A stretch of 64,000 nucleotides of DNA from Vicugna vicugna (GCA_013265495.1 MU062245.1:1013798-1077797), one strand, 5' to 3'. Counted from the first letter of the stretch, positions 47,572 to 59,497 are shown. The notes: generated by a model not told the origin, from the letters alone. Translations and numbers: made by a program.

Positions 47572-49483
47572 GGGGGGTCGGGTCTGTGCTTTGAAGGATG
47601 CAAAAGGAGGAAGCTGAGGCCAGGGTGAGGGACCCACAGACAGAGGGTCACAGGCTGTCTCTTCCATGTGTCTTTCTGAACTTCAAGCCCAGTCATTCTC
47701 TGCACTGCCCTGTTTTCAGGTCCTTCCCTTTCATTAGAAGATGCTTAATTGCCTCAAAGCACGCCCACATCCACGATGTCACTGAGCTTTGCCACAGCCC
47801 AGTGAGGTCCCAGGCTCCCTCTGCTCTCAGGATCAAAGCCCGGTGCCTTAGCCTGACTTGCACATCCCTCCTCTGCCCACCCACCAACTTCATCTCATGT
47901 TACTCTTTCCTTCACCTGCAGGGTTCCTGGGACCTCATCCTCCTTTCCATCCCTCAGATGCCCCATGTGCTTTTCCATACCAAGCCCTTGGCTCATGCTG
48001 TTCCTTCTTTTTGGAAAACCTTTCCTCCCTCTCTTTGCCTCCTCAACTCCTAGCATCCTTCAGGTCTCAGCCCATGTGTCACATCCTCTGGGATGCCTTC
48101 CTGGTTCCCCTTTGCCATTGCATTTATATATTCCCATCTGACCTTTCTCCAAACACCCTGTCCTTTTATCCTGTGTCTAGCCTGACGTCCAATTCATGAC
48201 TGGCACTAAGTACATATTTGTTTGATGAATGAATAATTGATTCCATGACCACCCAGCCAAGCACGGCAGAGCCAGCCAAGAACCTGGACCCCTTGACACC
48301 CCATCTCTTGCTCTCTTCCATGACCTTGAGTGTCTCCTCGATTTGGTCTCCCCAGATTCTCTCAGAGGAGGTGGTTTGTGCAGGGAAAAGCATCAGATTG
48401 TCCCAACCCCAATCCTAGCATGGCTCGAGCCATCCCTAAGCAAAAGATTTTTCTGCTCTAGCTTCAACTTTCTCTGTAAAATGGGAAATCAGTTGTTCCC
48501 TACCGGCTAGGTGTAAGGATCAGATGAGTGGAGTACGTGAAGGACAGAGTGGAGACAGAGCTGTGAAAAATGCTGTATTAATGGAAGGCTGTGTGCTTGT
48601 TACTGTCACTGTCACCATCATCCGAAATGGCAGCAACAAAGTGCTTGAGCAGAGAGGTAGCAAAACATGAGTGACTAAAAGCATTTGCTCTGGAAATGGA
48701 CAGAGCTGTGTTCAAATCCAGGCTCTGTCAGTTGTAAGCTTGTGCAGATGACCTCGGCAATCTGAGCCTCAGCCTCCCTACCCATAAAATGGGGCTAATG
48801 TAAGTGCCCCTCTGAGGGTCCTGGCCCCAAGTGAGAGCTGGATAAGCATTAGCTGTCCCTGCTGCCCATCTTTGCTGTAGCACGTAGCAGGGTAGCAGGC
48901 TGTCATCGGTCAGTGTGTGCTTGGTGGCTAAGAGGCGTGGCAGGAAGGGGCTTCCAGTGGAGAGAAAGAAAGAGGTGATTCTAATCTATTCTCCCTCTAG
49001 AGCCAGGGGAATCAAAGAGAGGCAGAAGGAGGGGTCTGGGAACAGATGACAAAAAATTAAGTGGCAAGGAGATGGTGGGAAGTGGCAGGGGCAGTGATGA
49101 GGGTGTAAAACTTTATCTAGGGGCCTAGGAGGGTTTAGGGCAATTACAGAACAACTGAGCTGTGTCCAGTTACCAGGGGAGAGGAGAGCCATTTGTGGAC
49201 ATGTCCCTAACCTGTGAAGACTGTCTTATGGGACAAGGCTCTTTTCCCCATTGCCTCGTGATGTCCTCATTCGTTCCAAGAAGCTAATATGCAGGAAAGA
49301 CATGATTTGTTTCTCCCTCTTCCCCCTTCTTTGGACATTTATTAAGGATGCCCTTGGGCTAGGTTCTTAGGTGCTGAGAATTGGGGAAAGGCTGTGCATC
49401 AAGTATTGGGAGTGGGCAGGGGGGAGTGGGGGTGGGCAGCATGGAAATGTAGAGATGTCTCTATGTCCCTGCTCCCCATCCAG

Positions 49484-49597
49484 TGCTTAGCATCGGGGAA
49501 GGAGGCTTCTGGGAAGGCCAGGTCAAAGGTCGCATTGGCTGGTTCCCCTCTGACTGCCTGGAAGAGGTGGCAAACCGCTCCCAGGAGGGAAAGCAAG
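49484..49597 (+). CDS. SHANK1: SHANK1 coding exon 12 (SH3 C-terminal half)
   Basis: LSIGEGGFWEGQVKGRIGWFPSDCLEEVANRSQEGKQ(E); cag/gtaat; 114 nt. Confidence 0.98.
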
Positions 49598-49744
49598 GTA
49601 ATGAGGAACAATTGTCCCCTAGGGTTCTGTCCATTACTTCCCCCCTTGATGTGGGTGGGTACTTGGAGGTAGAAGGGGGACCCCTGGGAGCGGGCCCATG
49701 GTTTCCAGACTGAGGGTCCAAGGTCGTCCTTTGTCCCCCTGCAG

Positions 49745-49820
49745 AAAGCCGAAGTGACAAGGCAAAGAGACTCTTCCGGCATTATACCGTGGGCTCCTAT
49801 GACAGCTTTGATGCCCCAAG
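49745..49820 (+). CDS. SHANK1: SHANK1 coding exon 13
   Basis: SRSDKAKRLFRHYTVGSYDSFDAP(S); cag/gtaaa; 76 nt, ends in phase 2. Cumulative CDS to here is 1937 nt. Confidence 0.98.
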
Positions 49821-50230
49821 GTAAATGTCCTTACACCCTCGGATGCCCCTCACACCCCAACCTCCCTGACACTCCACCTTTTAAATATCTCCACCACCTC
49901 TAGCCCTTTCTTGTCTGCTCCCTCTAAAGTCTGATCCAAGGGGTAGGGGAAGGCAGACTTAGCTTCAGACCACACAGCCCAACCCCAAACCATCTTTGGC
50001 AGCCACTAAGACTGCCCAGCTCTGGGGTAGCCAGAGACAAAAGAGGTGGATGGAGCAGGGTGGGGATGCCTGGGGAGCTGGGGAGCTCGTGTGTATGGCT
50101 GGCTGGAGGCTCCAGTCTCCTTCATGTGCCCCATCTCTGTGCGGTCCTGTGCAGTGGAAGTGTATGCAATCCCATGCCTGCACCGGTATGGGAAGGGGAG
50201 CGGGCAGAGCCGGGCCATGCCGGGTAGGGG

Positions 50231-50382
50231 NNNNNNNNNNNNNNNNNNNNNNNNNNNNNNNNNNNNNNNNNNNNNNNNNNNNNNNNNNNNNNNNNNNNNN
50301 NNNNNNNNNNNNNNNNNNNNNNNNNNNNNNNNNNNNNNNNNNNNNNNNNNNNNNNNNNNNNNGGAAGGGGTGCCTGGGGGTG
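50231..50382. other. Assembly gap (N run)
   Basis: N run between G-rich flanks. Confidence 0.98.
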
Positions 50383-51950
50383 TATGGACTATGGATGTGT
50401 GCACGACCAGAGCTGAAGTTTCCCTGTGTGTGAACGTCTTCCACAGGCGCGCGTCCCTGTACGAATTCCCTGAGTGTGTTCTTGCCCATGTCTCTGTAGG
50501 TGCACATGACATGCGTCTGGGTGCATGTGTGGCTGGAGGCCGCTAGATGTGTAGCCCTGTGCATATGCCTGTGACAGCGAGAGGGTCTGTCTTATTCTGT
50601 ATAGATAGGTGCATTTGTGGCTGTCATTTATGGGTGCATGATTGTGGCTAATCGTGCAGCTGGCTCTGCACATCTATTTCTCTGAATCTGCGTGTCTGAG
50701 AATGAGGGTCCATGTTTCCAGAGATGTCCAGTGTGTCTGCTTACCACATGTGGACAGGTGGGTCTCTGCACACGCCTGTTCCTCTTAATGCATGTCACTG
50801 TGTGTGTGTGCATTAACACATAAAATTGTGTGCATGCATTTACATCTGTCTGATCTGGAATACAGGACCTGGGGTATTGGGGGAGGGGAGGGCAGAAAAG
50901 CGGAGGATTCCGGGGCTTGGGCTTCCAGAAGGGCAAGGCTGTGGGGAAGGGAGGGTCATAAATGGGCATCTTAAAGAGACACCCTCCCTCACCGCTCCCC
51001 CTAATCCAGGGAAGGGTCTCCTTGTTCGTAGCATCCTTCCATTAAATGTGTCCAAACCTATGTGTCTGTGTTCTGGCCAGTGGGGATGGGTCGGGAGTGG
51101 GAAGAGGAGAAATGACAATATGGGAAGGGAGGGTGAGACTGGGGTGCCACCCTGCGCCCCGAGTGTCTGAGGCGCTTGACCATTGTGCATGTTCGCCTGG
51201 CACGTCTCCGGCTCTGGGCACTGGGTGAGTATTGAGGTCCCCTACTCTGAGTCTCCCCATCAGCCTCTGCTTCTTGTCGCTGTCAGTGTCTCTGGGTCTC
51301 GCCTTGGCTTTGGTTTGGGAATCAATTGCTCTACCAATTTGATGGGGGTGGTCCCTCTCATCCTCAGCTTCTTCCATCTCCTCCCTCTAGCTCTGTCTTT
51401 TCAAGTGCATTTTCTCCCCCTTGTGCCCACTGGCATGTGCTGCTGCTGTGTGTGTGGTGTGTCTGAGCTTCTCCTCCTGCTTCCTCCCTGCTCTCCTCGA
51501 CCCTGTCTGGGGTGGCCTGGCTTGTGTTGTGACCCTGCATCCCTGCTGGAGCTGTGCAGTCCTGCCACGTGTAGTCCCTCCTGGCCTGTGCTGCCCTCTC
51601 TCCTCTCCCTGGGGGTCTGCGGCTCTCGTGTGAGCTGTAGTGTATGGATGTCCCTCCGCCTGGGATTCTTGGTGGGGGAGGGGTGTCTCTCACTGCTCTG
51701 GCGCTCAGTCTGAACGTCCTGGCCTTCCGTTTTCCGGCCTTCCAGACTGTCTTGGGGTGCATCGTGTGTTGGTCTGCGGTGGGGAGCTCTATGTCCCTTC
51801 CTGGGGCCTCTCTCACCGCGGTGTCCGTGCTGGGGAAGTGGGGCTCGGTCCGCGCGTCCCCGCACGCGGTTGCGAGGCATCTTGTGTGATGTTGTGCGTC
51901 CCTCTCCCTGCTCTCCCTCTCTCTGCACCTGCAGGGGAGGGCTCTGGAGG

Positions 51951-52807
51951 NNNNNNNNNNNNNNNNNNNNNNNNNNNNNNNNNNNNNNNNNNNNNNNNNN
52001 NNNNNNNNNNNNNNNNNNNNNNNNNNNNNNNNNNNNNNNNNNNNNNNNNNNNNNNNNNNNNNNNNNNNNNNNNNNNNNNNNNNNNNNNNNNNNNNNNNNN
52101 NNNNNNNNNNNNNNNGGGAGGCCCCCCCCCNNNNNNNNNNNNNNNNNNNNNNNNNNNNNNNNNNNNNNNNNNNNNNNNNNNNNNNNNNNNNNNNNNNNNN
52201 NNNNNNNNNNNNNNNNNNNNNNNNNNNNNNNNNNNNNNNNNNNNNNNNNNNNNNNNNNNNNNNNNNNNNNNNNNNNNNNNNNNNNNNNNNNNNNNNNNNN
52301 NNNNNNNNNNNNNNNNNNNNNNNNNNNNNNNNNNNNNNNNNNNNNNNNNNNNNNNNNNNNNNNNNNNNNNNNNNNNNNNNNNNNNNNNNNNNNNNNNNNN
52401 NNNNNNNNNNNNNNNNNNNNNNNNNNNNNNNNNNNNNNNNNNNNNNNNNNNNNNNNNNNNNNNNNNNNNNNNNNNNNNNNNNNNNNNNNNNNNNNNNNNN
52501 NNNNNNNNNNNNNNNNNNNNNNNNNNNNNNNNNNNNNNNNNNNNNNNNNNNNNNNNNNNNNNNNNNNNNNNNNNNNNNNNNNNNNNNNNNNNNNNNNNNN
52601 NNNNNNNNNNNNNNNNNNNNNNNNNNNNNNNNNNNNNNNNNNNNNNNNNNNNNNNNNNNNNNNNNNNNNNNNNNNNNNNNNNNNNNNNNNNNNNNNNNNN
52701 NNNNNNNNNNNNNNNNNNNNNNNNNNNNNNNNNNNNNNNNNNNNNNNNNNNNNNNNNNNNNNNNNNNNNNNNNNNNNNNNNNNNNNNNNNNNNNNNNNNN
52801 NNNNNNN
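51951..52807. other. Assembly gap with a 15-nt GC island; probable intragenic CpG island of SHANK1
   Basis: N runs at 51951-52115 and 52131-52807; CpG-rich left flank (gctcggtccgcgcgtccccgcacgcggttgcg) and C-rich right flank. Confidence 0.85.
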
Positions 52808-53149
52808 CCAACCCGCCCCGCACACATTCCTCTGCCCCCTCACAGGCCCTTCCAGGGCCCCTTCAGCTCTTCCTCTGAGACCTTCACCAAAGTCAGGTCC
52901 TCCAAAGGGACTCCACTCCAAGGTTCGGCCCCCACTTGCCCTTTCTGCCACCCTTAGCGCCCCAGCTCTGTGGAGCCCTCCCCTCAGGTGCCTACACCCC
53001 AGGCCCGCGTTCCTCTGATCCCTATATCCCCACAGCCCTTCACGGAGTTGGCAAGTCCCCCCATTCATACCCCTCTCTCCCATTCACAGTCATTCCCCCC
53101 CCATCACACACGCATCCCGCCCCCGGCCTCCCCTCCCCTCCTCTTTTTC

Positions 53150-53438
53150 CGCTGCGTGTCACTGTGCGACTGTGCGTGTGTCCGTGTGGCTGTGTCGGTG
53201 TGCGTGCGTGTGTGTGGCTGCCTGCAGCCGTGTGTGTGTGTGTGTGTGTGCGTGTGTGTGTGTGTGTGTATGTGTGTGCATGCGCGTATGTTTGAGAGAC
53301 ACTGATGGAGAGATGGTGGGCTCTCAGCCCACCCCCCAACTGTGTCCATCTGTGTGTCCCTGTTTGACGGCGTCTGTCTCTGTGTGTGACTTGGAGCCAT
53401 AGCGAGGCTGTCTGGGGACTCGTGTGTTTGTGTGTGCA

Positions 53439-53476
<38 letters not shown>

Positions 53477-53480
53477 GGAG
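53150..53480 (+). repeat. Compound (GT)n and (GT)n(GA)n simple repeats
   Basis: Degenerate GT/GC dinucleotide array at 53150-53290 and (GT)n(GA)n at about 53425-53480. Confidence 0.9.
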
Positions 53481-56400
53481 AGAGATGAAGTGGGTCTGTC
53501 CCAGGGACTGCGGCTGTGTTTCCCAGCACCCACCCTCCTTTGCCAGGCCTGTCCTCCCCACTACAAACCCCTTCACCAGTCTCTCTGTGTGTCTCTGTCC
53601 CCATGCGCCCCTCTCCCTGCCCCCAGGGGGTCTGTGCCTGTGTGGGGCACGTGTGCTGAGACACGGCTGAGCTTCTGCACGGGGAGCTGCATCTGCTTGT
53701 GTGTGCCACTTCTCAGCATGGGAGGGGGCTGGCCTCCCTTCGTGGGGGCCTCTGTGCAGGCTGTGGAGAGGACCGTGGAGATGGGTACATGGGGAGGGGC
53801 TGAGTACCGGAGGGGGCGCCTTGTACAGCCGCTGGCTCTGGAAGGTGGGCTCCTGTGTGTGTGAGAGGGACCTTTGAGGTGGGGGTGGGGGGAGTGGACG
53901 CTGCTGCAGTCTCTGTGTGTGGGATCCGGCGAACAAGAGCTGGCTGCTGAGCTCCAGAGGCTGCTCAGGGTCGTGAGGGATGGCCTGGGGGAGAGCATTG
54001 TGTGTGCTCCCGCAGGGCAGGTAGTCAGCAATACGGAGCATGAATGGGGTGCTGCGTGGGTAGCGAACACTGGGGCAGGGGGCGGGGTTAGAAGGTCTGG
54101 GTAGGAGGGTGGCGGACCGATAATGGAACCTGGGAGAGTCAGGGGGGAGGAGTGGGGAATACCGGAGCATGGAGTGTGTGTGGAGTGTGCGGAGACAGGG
54201 GGTGAGGAGGGAATGCAGGAAATGTGAAGAGGCTTTGGGGGTGGGGATTTAGGCAGTTTAGAGAGAGGATGCAGAGAATGTAAATGAAATGCAGCTGCAA
54301 GTAAAAGGAGGCGGAAGGAAGGGTGTGTGATGAAGTGAACTGAGGATGCAAAAGTAGGAGGAGGTTTCCACGGATGAGAAGGAGTATGAAAGAAACCTAG
54401 TTGCTGAAGGGGACCTCATGGAGTTCTGTACGGAGGTGCAAGAGGGTGTGGGAGGGATGAGGGCAAGGGAGAGGGAGAGGTGCCCTGAGATGGGTGAAGA
54501 GGTCACAAAAGTCTGAGGAAGACACTTTGGGAAAGATATGGGGTGTGATGAGGGCTTGCGGCGCTGCGATGATCTGGGGGGGGTGGACATTATTGGGGTG
54601 TCTGGGCTGCCTGTGGGGCATTCAAATCTTGGCGTTGACATTCTTCTAGGTGCTGTAATCTTGAGCAAGTTGTTTCTCTGTGCCTCACTTTCCTCATCAA
54701 TAAAATGGAAAGGATAACAATCAACCCCTCCCAGGGGTGTTGTAAGGACTGAATGAATAAATAAATGTAAAGTGCTTGGAACACCATCTGGCATTCAGCA
54801 ATGGTTCAATAAATGTTACTCGGTGTTGTGCTATTGGCAGAGCCTGGGATAAATTTCAGGCACTGGAGGGGCACGCTTACGGTGAATGTGGGGCAGATGT
54901 ATTTGTGCTGGGGTATTTGGGTGCAGTGGAGTGGAGATTATTACTACTGCAGTTACTTTCTTGGGTATTGTTGAAGAATGTTATTCACTGTGTGACCTCA
55001 GGCAAGTTGCTTCACCCTTCTGTGCTTCTATCTCCTCATTTGTAAAGTGGAAATGGTACTTGTACCTACCTCAGAGGCTGGCTGTAGGAGAGAACTGTCA
55101 TTTACCTGTGAGAGGCTTCAAATACTGCCTCGTGTGTAGCAAGTGCTTCTTCTTGGCATATGACGGATATGAGAGCTTTAGTGAATTGTATTGGGAGATG
55201 GGGTATTTGGGGAAGACGTATGTATGAAGTGTGAGGATAGTGTTGGGGTCAAAGAGAGATTCCAGGGGCAGGAGGGAAATGTGGAGAAGGCAGAGGTTGA
55301 TGAAATTGCTGTAAATGAGGAGTAAGGGTGATCTGAAGAGCAATACTGGCTGCTTCGGGGCCCTGGAGGTCTGGAAGGGATGTGGGGGTACAAGGGCATG
55401 AGGTATCAGAGGAGGATGCTAGGTGATGTGGTGGGGACAGAGGAGTGTGTGATCAGGAGCAGGCAACTGTGACCTCTCAACTAACTGCTGTTGGCCGTGA
55501 CCACTCGCTCTTTGAGCCTTCTTGGCCTCTTTCCTCTCCTCTCCTCCCCTCCCTCATGCCTTTCAACCCCTTTCCTCTTTCTCTTCCAACATCCCCTCTA
55601 CTCAGCTACAAAGGTGGCTGATCCCTGGGTTGACTATAAGACCAGGAAGACACAGCGGGTATGGTGTGGATGTGTTTACTGGACCGTCATGAGCTCTGAG
55701 CAAGGGCAGTTGTGGACTAGGTCTACGTGTACATGCGTACTGTTGGGTACACCAAGTACAAGGAGTGGGAGTGGGGACAAGGCTGGCATTCACGCACAGA
55801 ACACTATCCTTACATTACAAATATATGGATTTGACAGTGGAAGTCGTGGGGGTCATAGGAGTATAGAGGAGTACTTGTGTACGTAGAAGGGATGTGTGGT
55901 ACCCAAATCCAGTAGGAGCACATTAAGGATTATTGGCGTATGCTGGGATGTGTTTAGGGGGGCGTGTTATGGGAGTAGACTGAGATCGAAGTGAGGGGGA
56001 GTTATTATTGGAGCATACTGGGATGTGTGGTGGTGTTACTGAAATATACTGGAGTATTCATGGAGAGCTGTTTTGCCGAATCTGTGGGGGTAGGTAATTG
56101 GAGTGCGCGGGGGGAGCATGCTTGGCTATTATTGTAGTGTATTAGGGCCCGTAGACATTATGGGGGTATGCCAAGGGGGTCTGTACATGTGCTGGGCCGG
56201 GTTTCAGACATGACTGCAGGCAGCTCTGGGCCCAGCAAGGGTGTGGGTTCTGATGGCTCTAGAAGATGTATCTAGGGGACTCTGAGGGGACTGGGGTTGG
56301 AACCAGAGTGTCTGGTATTCCTGTTGTGCCTGGAATGGAATGGATGTGTACCCCGAGGTGCACAATGGTGATGTCAAGAGTTTGGGGCTGTTATCTGAAT

Positions 56401-56618
56401 GAGCCCCGAGTGGATGAGATGTTAAGGGTGTTAAGGTACATGGAATAGCTTCAAGTTTAAGTAAACTTTACTGAGTGTGTGAGCATGACCTGAATTGCTG
56501 GTGGGCTTTGGTGGCCTTACAGGGAACCCTCCCCATATTCATGCATAGTATGCATTTTGCTAGACTCTACCCACTGTGTGAAGGAGATCCATGTGAGCTA
56601 GACCAGGGAATAGATGTT

Positions 56619-56823
56619 AGCACTGTCTGCTAGAATTTTCCACAGCAGTGGAGATGTTCTGTATCTGTGCTGTCCAGCATGGTAGCCACTAGCTTCATGT
56701 GGCTGCTGGGCACTTTGAAACGTGGCTAGGGAGATGGTGGAACTGAATTTTTCAATTTAATCTTTAATTAATTTGCATATAAATAGCCACAGGCAGTTAG
56801 TGGCCACCATATTGGACAGTGCT
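56619..56823. mobile_element. MER3 hAT-Charlie MITE
   Basis: agcactgtc..gatgttctgtatctgtgctgtccagcatggtagccactagcttcatgtggctg..gtggccaccatattggacagtgctg. Confidence 0.9.
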
Positions 56824-57447
56824 GAATAAGCCATGTTACAGTATGCTTGGGGACCTGGGGAGGTGTTCCTGTAGTGTATATATAGGCAAGGATTTGGGAG
56901 AGGTAGCATCCAAGCACATGTGTCCTCTGGACCAAAAGACCAAAGAAAGGGAGCAAATTCTATGGTGCACTTACTATGTCCTCAGCACTGTGCTGAATGC
57001 TGTATATACAGAATTCCCACAGTGACCCTGTCAGGTAGGGCTTGTTGTCATCCCCCATTCTAGGTAAGGAAACCGAGGACCCAAAGGTTAAAGTCGTGGG
57101 CTCAAGGTCACAGACAGGAAGTGGCTCACAGGGGACTCCAGCCAGGCTGTCTGATGACATGGCAACTTCCTTCTCAAGCACAGTGGGCTCGGGAACTGCT
57201 TGCTGAATGGATGGGTGGATGGATGCACGGACGGATGAATGAGGAAAGAGTGAGTGGGAGAGCGAGCACTCCAGGTTCTGAGGGGGAGGCCTGTCAGGGC
57301 TGCTCTAGGCAGACGCACGTGGAGTGGCTGAGGAAGCTCCTCGGAGGTGGGTTGAATGGTTCTGGAGCTTGGGCTCGGGTCACCAGGTGGCTGATGGGGC
57401 ACTGGCTCTATGTCTCATGATCCCTTTTCCACCCGCCCCACCCCTGC

Positions 57448-57579
57448 NNNNNNNNNNNNNNNNNNNNNNNNNNNNNNNNNNNNNNNNNNNNNNNNNNNNN
57501 NNNNNNNNNNNNNNNNNNNNNNNNNNNNNNNNNNNNNNNNNNNNNNNNNNNNNNNNNNNNNNNNNNNNNNNNNNNNNNN
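57448..57579 (+). other. SHANK1: Assembly gap expected to hold the first SHANK1 PDZ exon (DYIIKEK..LRGAK, about 83 nt)
   Basis: The exon is absent from the visible sequence; the 132-nt gap follows a pyrimidine-rich tract and precedes the next PDZ exon. Inference from the known gene structure. Confidence 0.7.
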
Positions 57580-57808
57580 GAAGAAGGGCCCTTGACCCAG
57601 GGGGATGGACAGGGGAAGGGACCCTAGCCCACCCACCAGCCCACCCCAGGGTGCTGGTCCCTCAACTANNNNNNNNNNNNNNNNNNNNNNNNNNNNNNNN
57701 NNNNNNNNNNNNNNNNNNNNNNNNNNNNNNNNNNNNNNNNNNNNNNNNNNNNNNNNNNNNNNNNNNNNNNNNNNNNNNNNNNNNNNNNNNNNNNNNNNNN
57801 NNNNNNNN

Positions 57809-57888
57809 CGCTGCAGTATCTGGAGTCAGTGGACGAGGGTGGTGTGGCATGGCGAGCTGGACTGCGAATGGGAGACTTCCTCATCGAG
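57809..57888 (+). CDS. SHANK1: SHANK1 second PDZ exon, 3' part only (5' part in gap 57669-57808)
   Basis: LQYLESVDEGGVAWRAGLRMGDFLIE, donor GAG|GTGAGT. Confidence 0.95.
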
Positions 57889-58163
57889 GTGAGTCCTGGC
57901 CCCCAGCCCCAGGGGCCTCTCCAAAGACCCAGCCTCTGCTCCACCTTCCACAGACACCTCGCTCTCCCCTGGGACCCTGATGACCATTCCCAGATCCTTC
58001 GTGATCCATGCCAGGATGTGGTTGCCCAAATCCAGATTCTCCTTTGGCACCAAGCTTCCCAGCCCCCTTGGTCTACCCTCTCCAGCCAGGCTCTGCTTTC
58101 TTAGTGATTCCATCTGAAAGCCTTTCTGAAGCATCTCAGAAGAGGACAGAGCTGTCCCCCAGG

Positions 58164-58178
58164 GCGCGCGCGCACACA

Positions 58179-58213
<35 letters not shown>
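58164..58213 (+). repeat. (GC)n(CA)n alternating purine-pyrimidine tract
   Basis: gcgcgcgcgcacacacaaacacacaca... Confidence 0.95.
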
Positions 58214-58214
<1 letters not shown>

Positions 58215-58452
58215 GTTGGAGGGCAAGGAGGGAAAGAGAGGCAAATAGGGTGGGCTTTGAAGCCAGGAGAGTTACAGGAACGGAGACCTGGTAAGAGGAG
58301 GGGCTGGTGGAGAGGGTCAGAGGGAGAGAAGGGTGACTGCCAGTGCCACAGACAGGGCGAGGCAGGAGAAGGCCACTTCTCTGGAGATTCTGAAATGGAA
58401 AGCATCTCTCTCCTCACTTCTTCGGTGTGGTTTGGGGGTGTCTGTGCTACAG

Positions 58453-58588
58453 GTGAATGGGCAGAATGTGGTGAAGGTTGGCCACCGACAGGTGGTGAAC
58501 ATGATCCGCCAAGGGGGCAACACCCTGATGGTCAAGGTGGTGATGGTCACAAGGCACCCGGACATGGATGAGGCTGTACATAAGAAAG
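58453..58588 (+). CDS. SHANK1: SHANK1 third PDZ exon
   Basis: VNGQNVVKVGHRQVVNMIRQGGNTLMVKVVMVTRHPDMDEAVHKK(A); cag/gtgca; 136 nt. Confidence 0.98.
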
Positions 58589-58872
58589 GTGCATCTCTCT
58601 CCACTTGTGTGGCCAGGCCTGGGCCCCCTACTGCTACTAGACTAAGTCCCTCAGGATCCGTAATGGCCAAATGGCTCCTGCCACCAGCAGCAGCCTCCCC
58701 TTCCCCAACGCTGCTTGTTCACGACCCTCTGGGGAGGATCTTAGGCGGGGAGGGCTCAGCGCGCCGCCGGTAGCGGCTCTTTGAGCTCTCAGAGCACGGT
58801 AGTGGGCGGGGCCAGGTCCTGGGGTTTCTCTCCTGGTACTGATGCCAGACCCCACTGTCATTTTTTTTTCAG

Positions 58873-58953
58873 CACCCCAGCAGGCTAAGAGGCTCCCACC
58901 CCCAACCATCTCCCTGCGTTCCAAGTCTATGACCTCAGAGCTGGAGGAGATGG
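58873..58953 (+). CDS. SHANK1: SHANK1 post-PDZ exon
   Basis: PQQAKRLPPPTISLRSKSMTSELEEM; T9-cag acceptor, gtgag donor; 81 nt, phase 1-1. Confidence 0.98.
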
Positions 58954-59497
58954 GTGAGCTTGTGGGGCTGCAGGAGCCCAGGTGCTGGGGAGGGAGAGGG
59001 GCAGAGGCGGGCTGGACCATCCCTTGAGTTTGTTAGTGATGTTAGTGACCAGGGGTCCTCGTTCTCATCCTGTCCCCAGTCCATGGGTCAGACTCTCTCT
59101 CTGGCCTGCGTGTGTGTCGCTGGGAAAGGGCATCTGAGAGTGGATTTCCCCTTGTCCTCTTATGTCTGTTTCTCTGTCTCAGGATCTCTCTCTGGGTCTC
59201 TCTGCGGGTCCCTGTTTCCTTTCTGGCTCCTCTCCATCTGTCCCACCTCACCCCATTCTCCATCTCTCCCTCCACCAGCTCTCCCCACCCCCACTAACAG
59301 ACAGGAAGGCGAGTCCCTCCCTCCAGACAAGGCCGACTGGACCTGGGGTGTCCCGTTTCCCCTGACTGGGGTGGATCAGGCAGCTGACCGCCCCCACCCC
59401 GGGGCCCTGAGGGAGGCGGGCGTTCCAGAAAGGGGGCCCCTCGCCTCCCCCTGAAGTCCTAACTCTTGGCTCCTCTACTGCCTCTCCCCCGGGCTAG

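Noticed and set aside
51331-51360. TTTGATGGGGGTGGTCCC as the 27-nt linker exon
   Set aside because: Only loose similarity to DGxGP and no flanking AG acceptor or GT donor at the required positions.
51364-53083. Long ORFs across the second large gap
   Set aside because: Same N read-through artefact.
53040-54170. 376-aa minus-strand ORF with His-Thr repeats
   Set aside because: Translation of (CA)n and other low-complexity GC-rich sequence; no domain or splice support.
57356-57447. Alternative SHANK1 N-terminus from a 5'-extended PDZ exon, resembling a human database isoform as I recall it
   Set aside because: The ATG at 57356 reads MVLELGLGSPGG* with TGA at 57392-57394, and the LCLM-like segment is in another frame, so such an isoform is not supported here.
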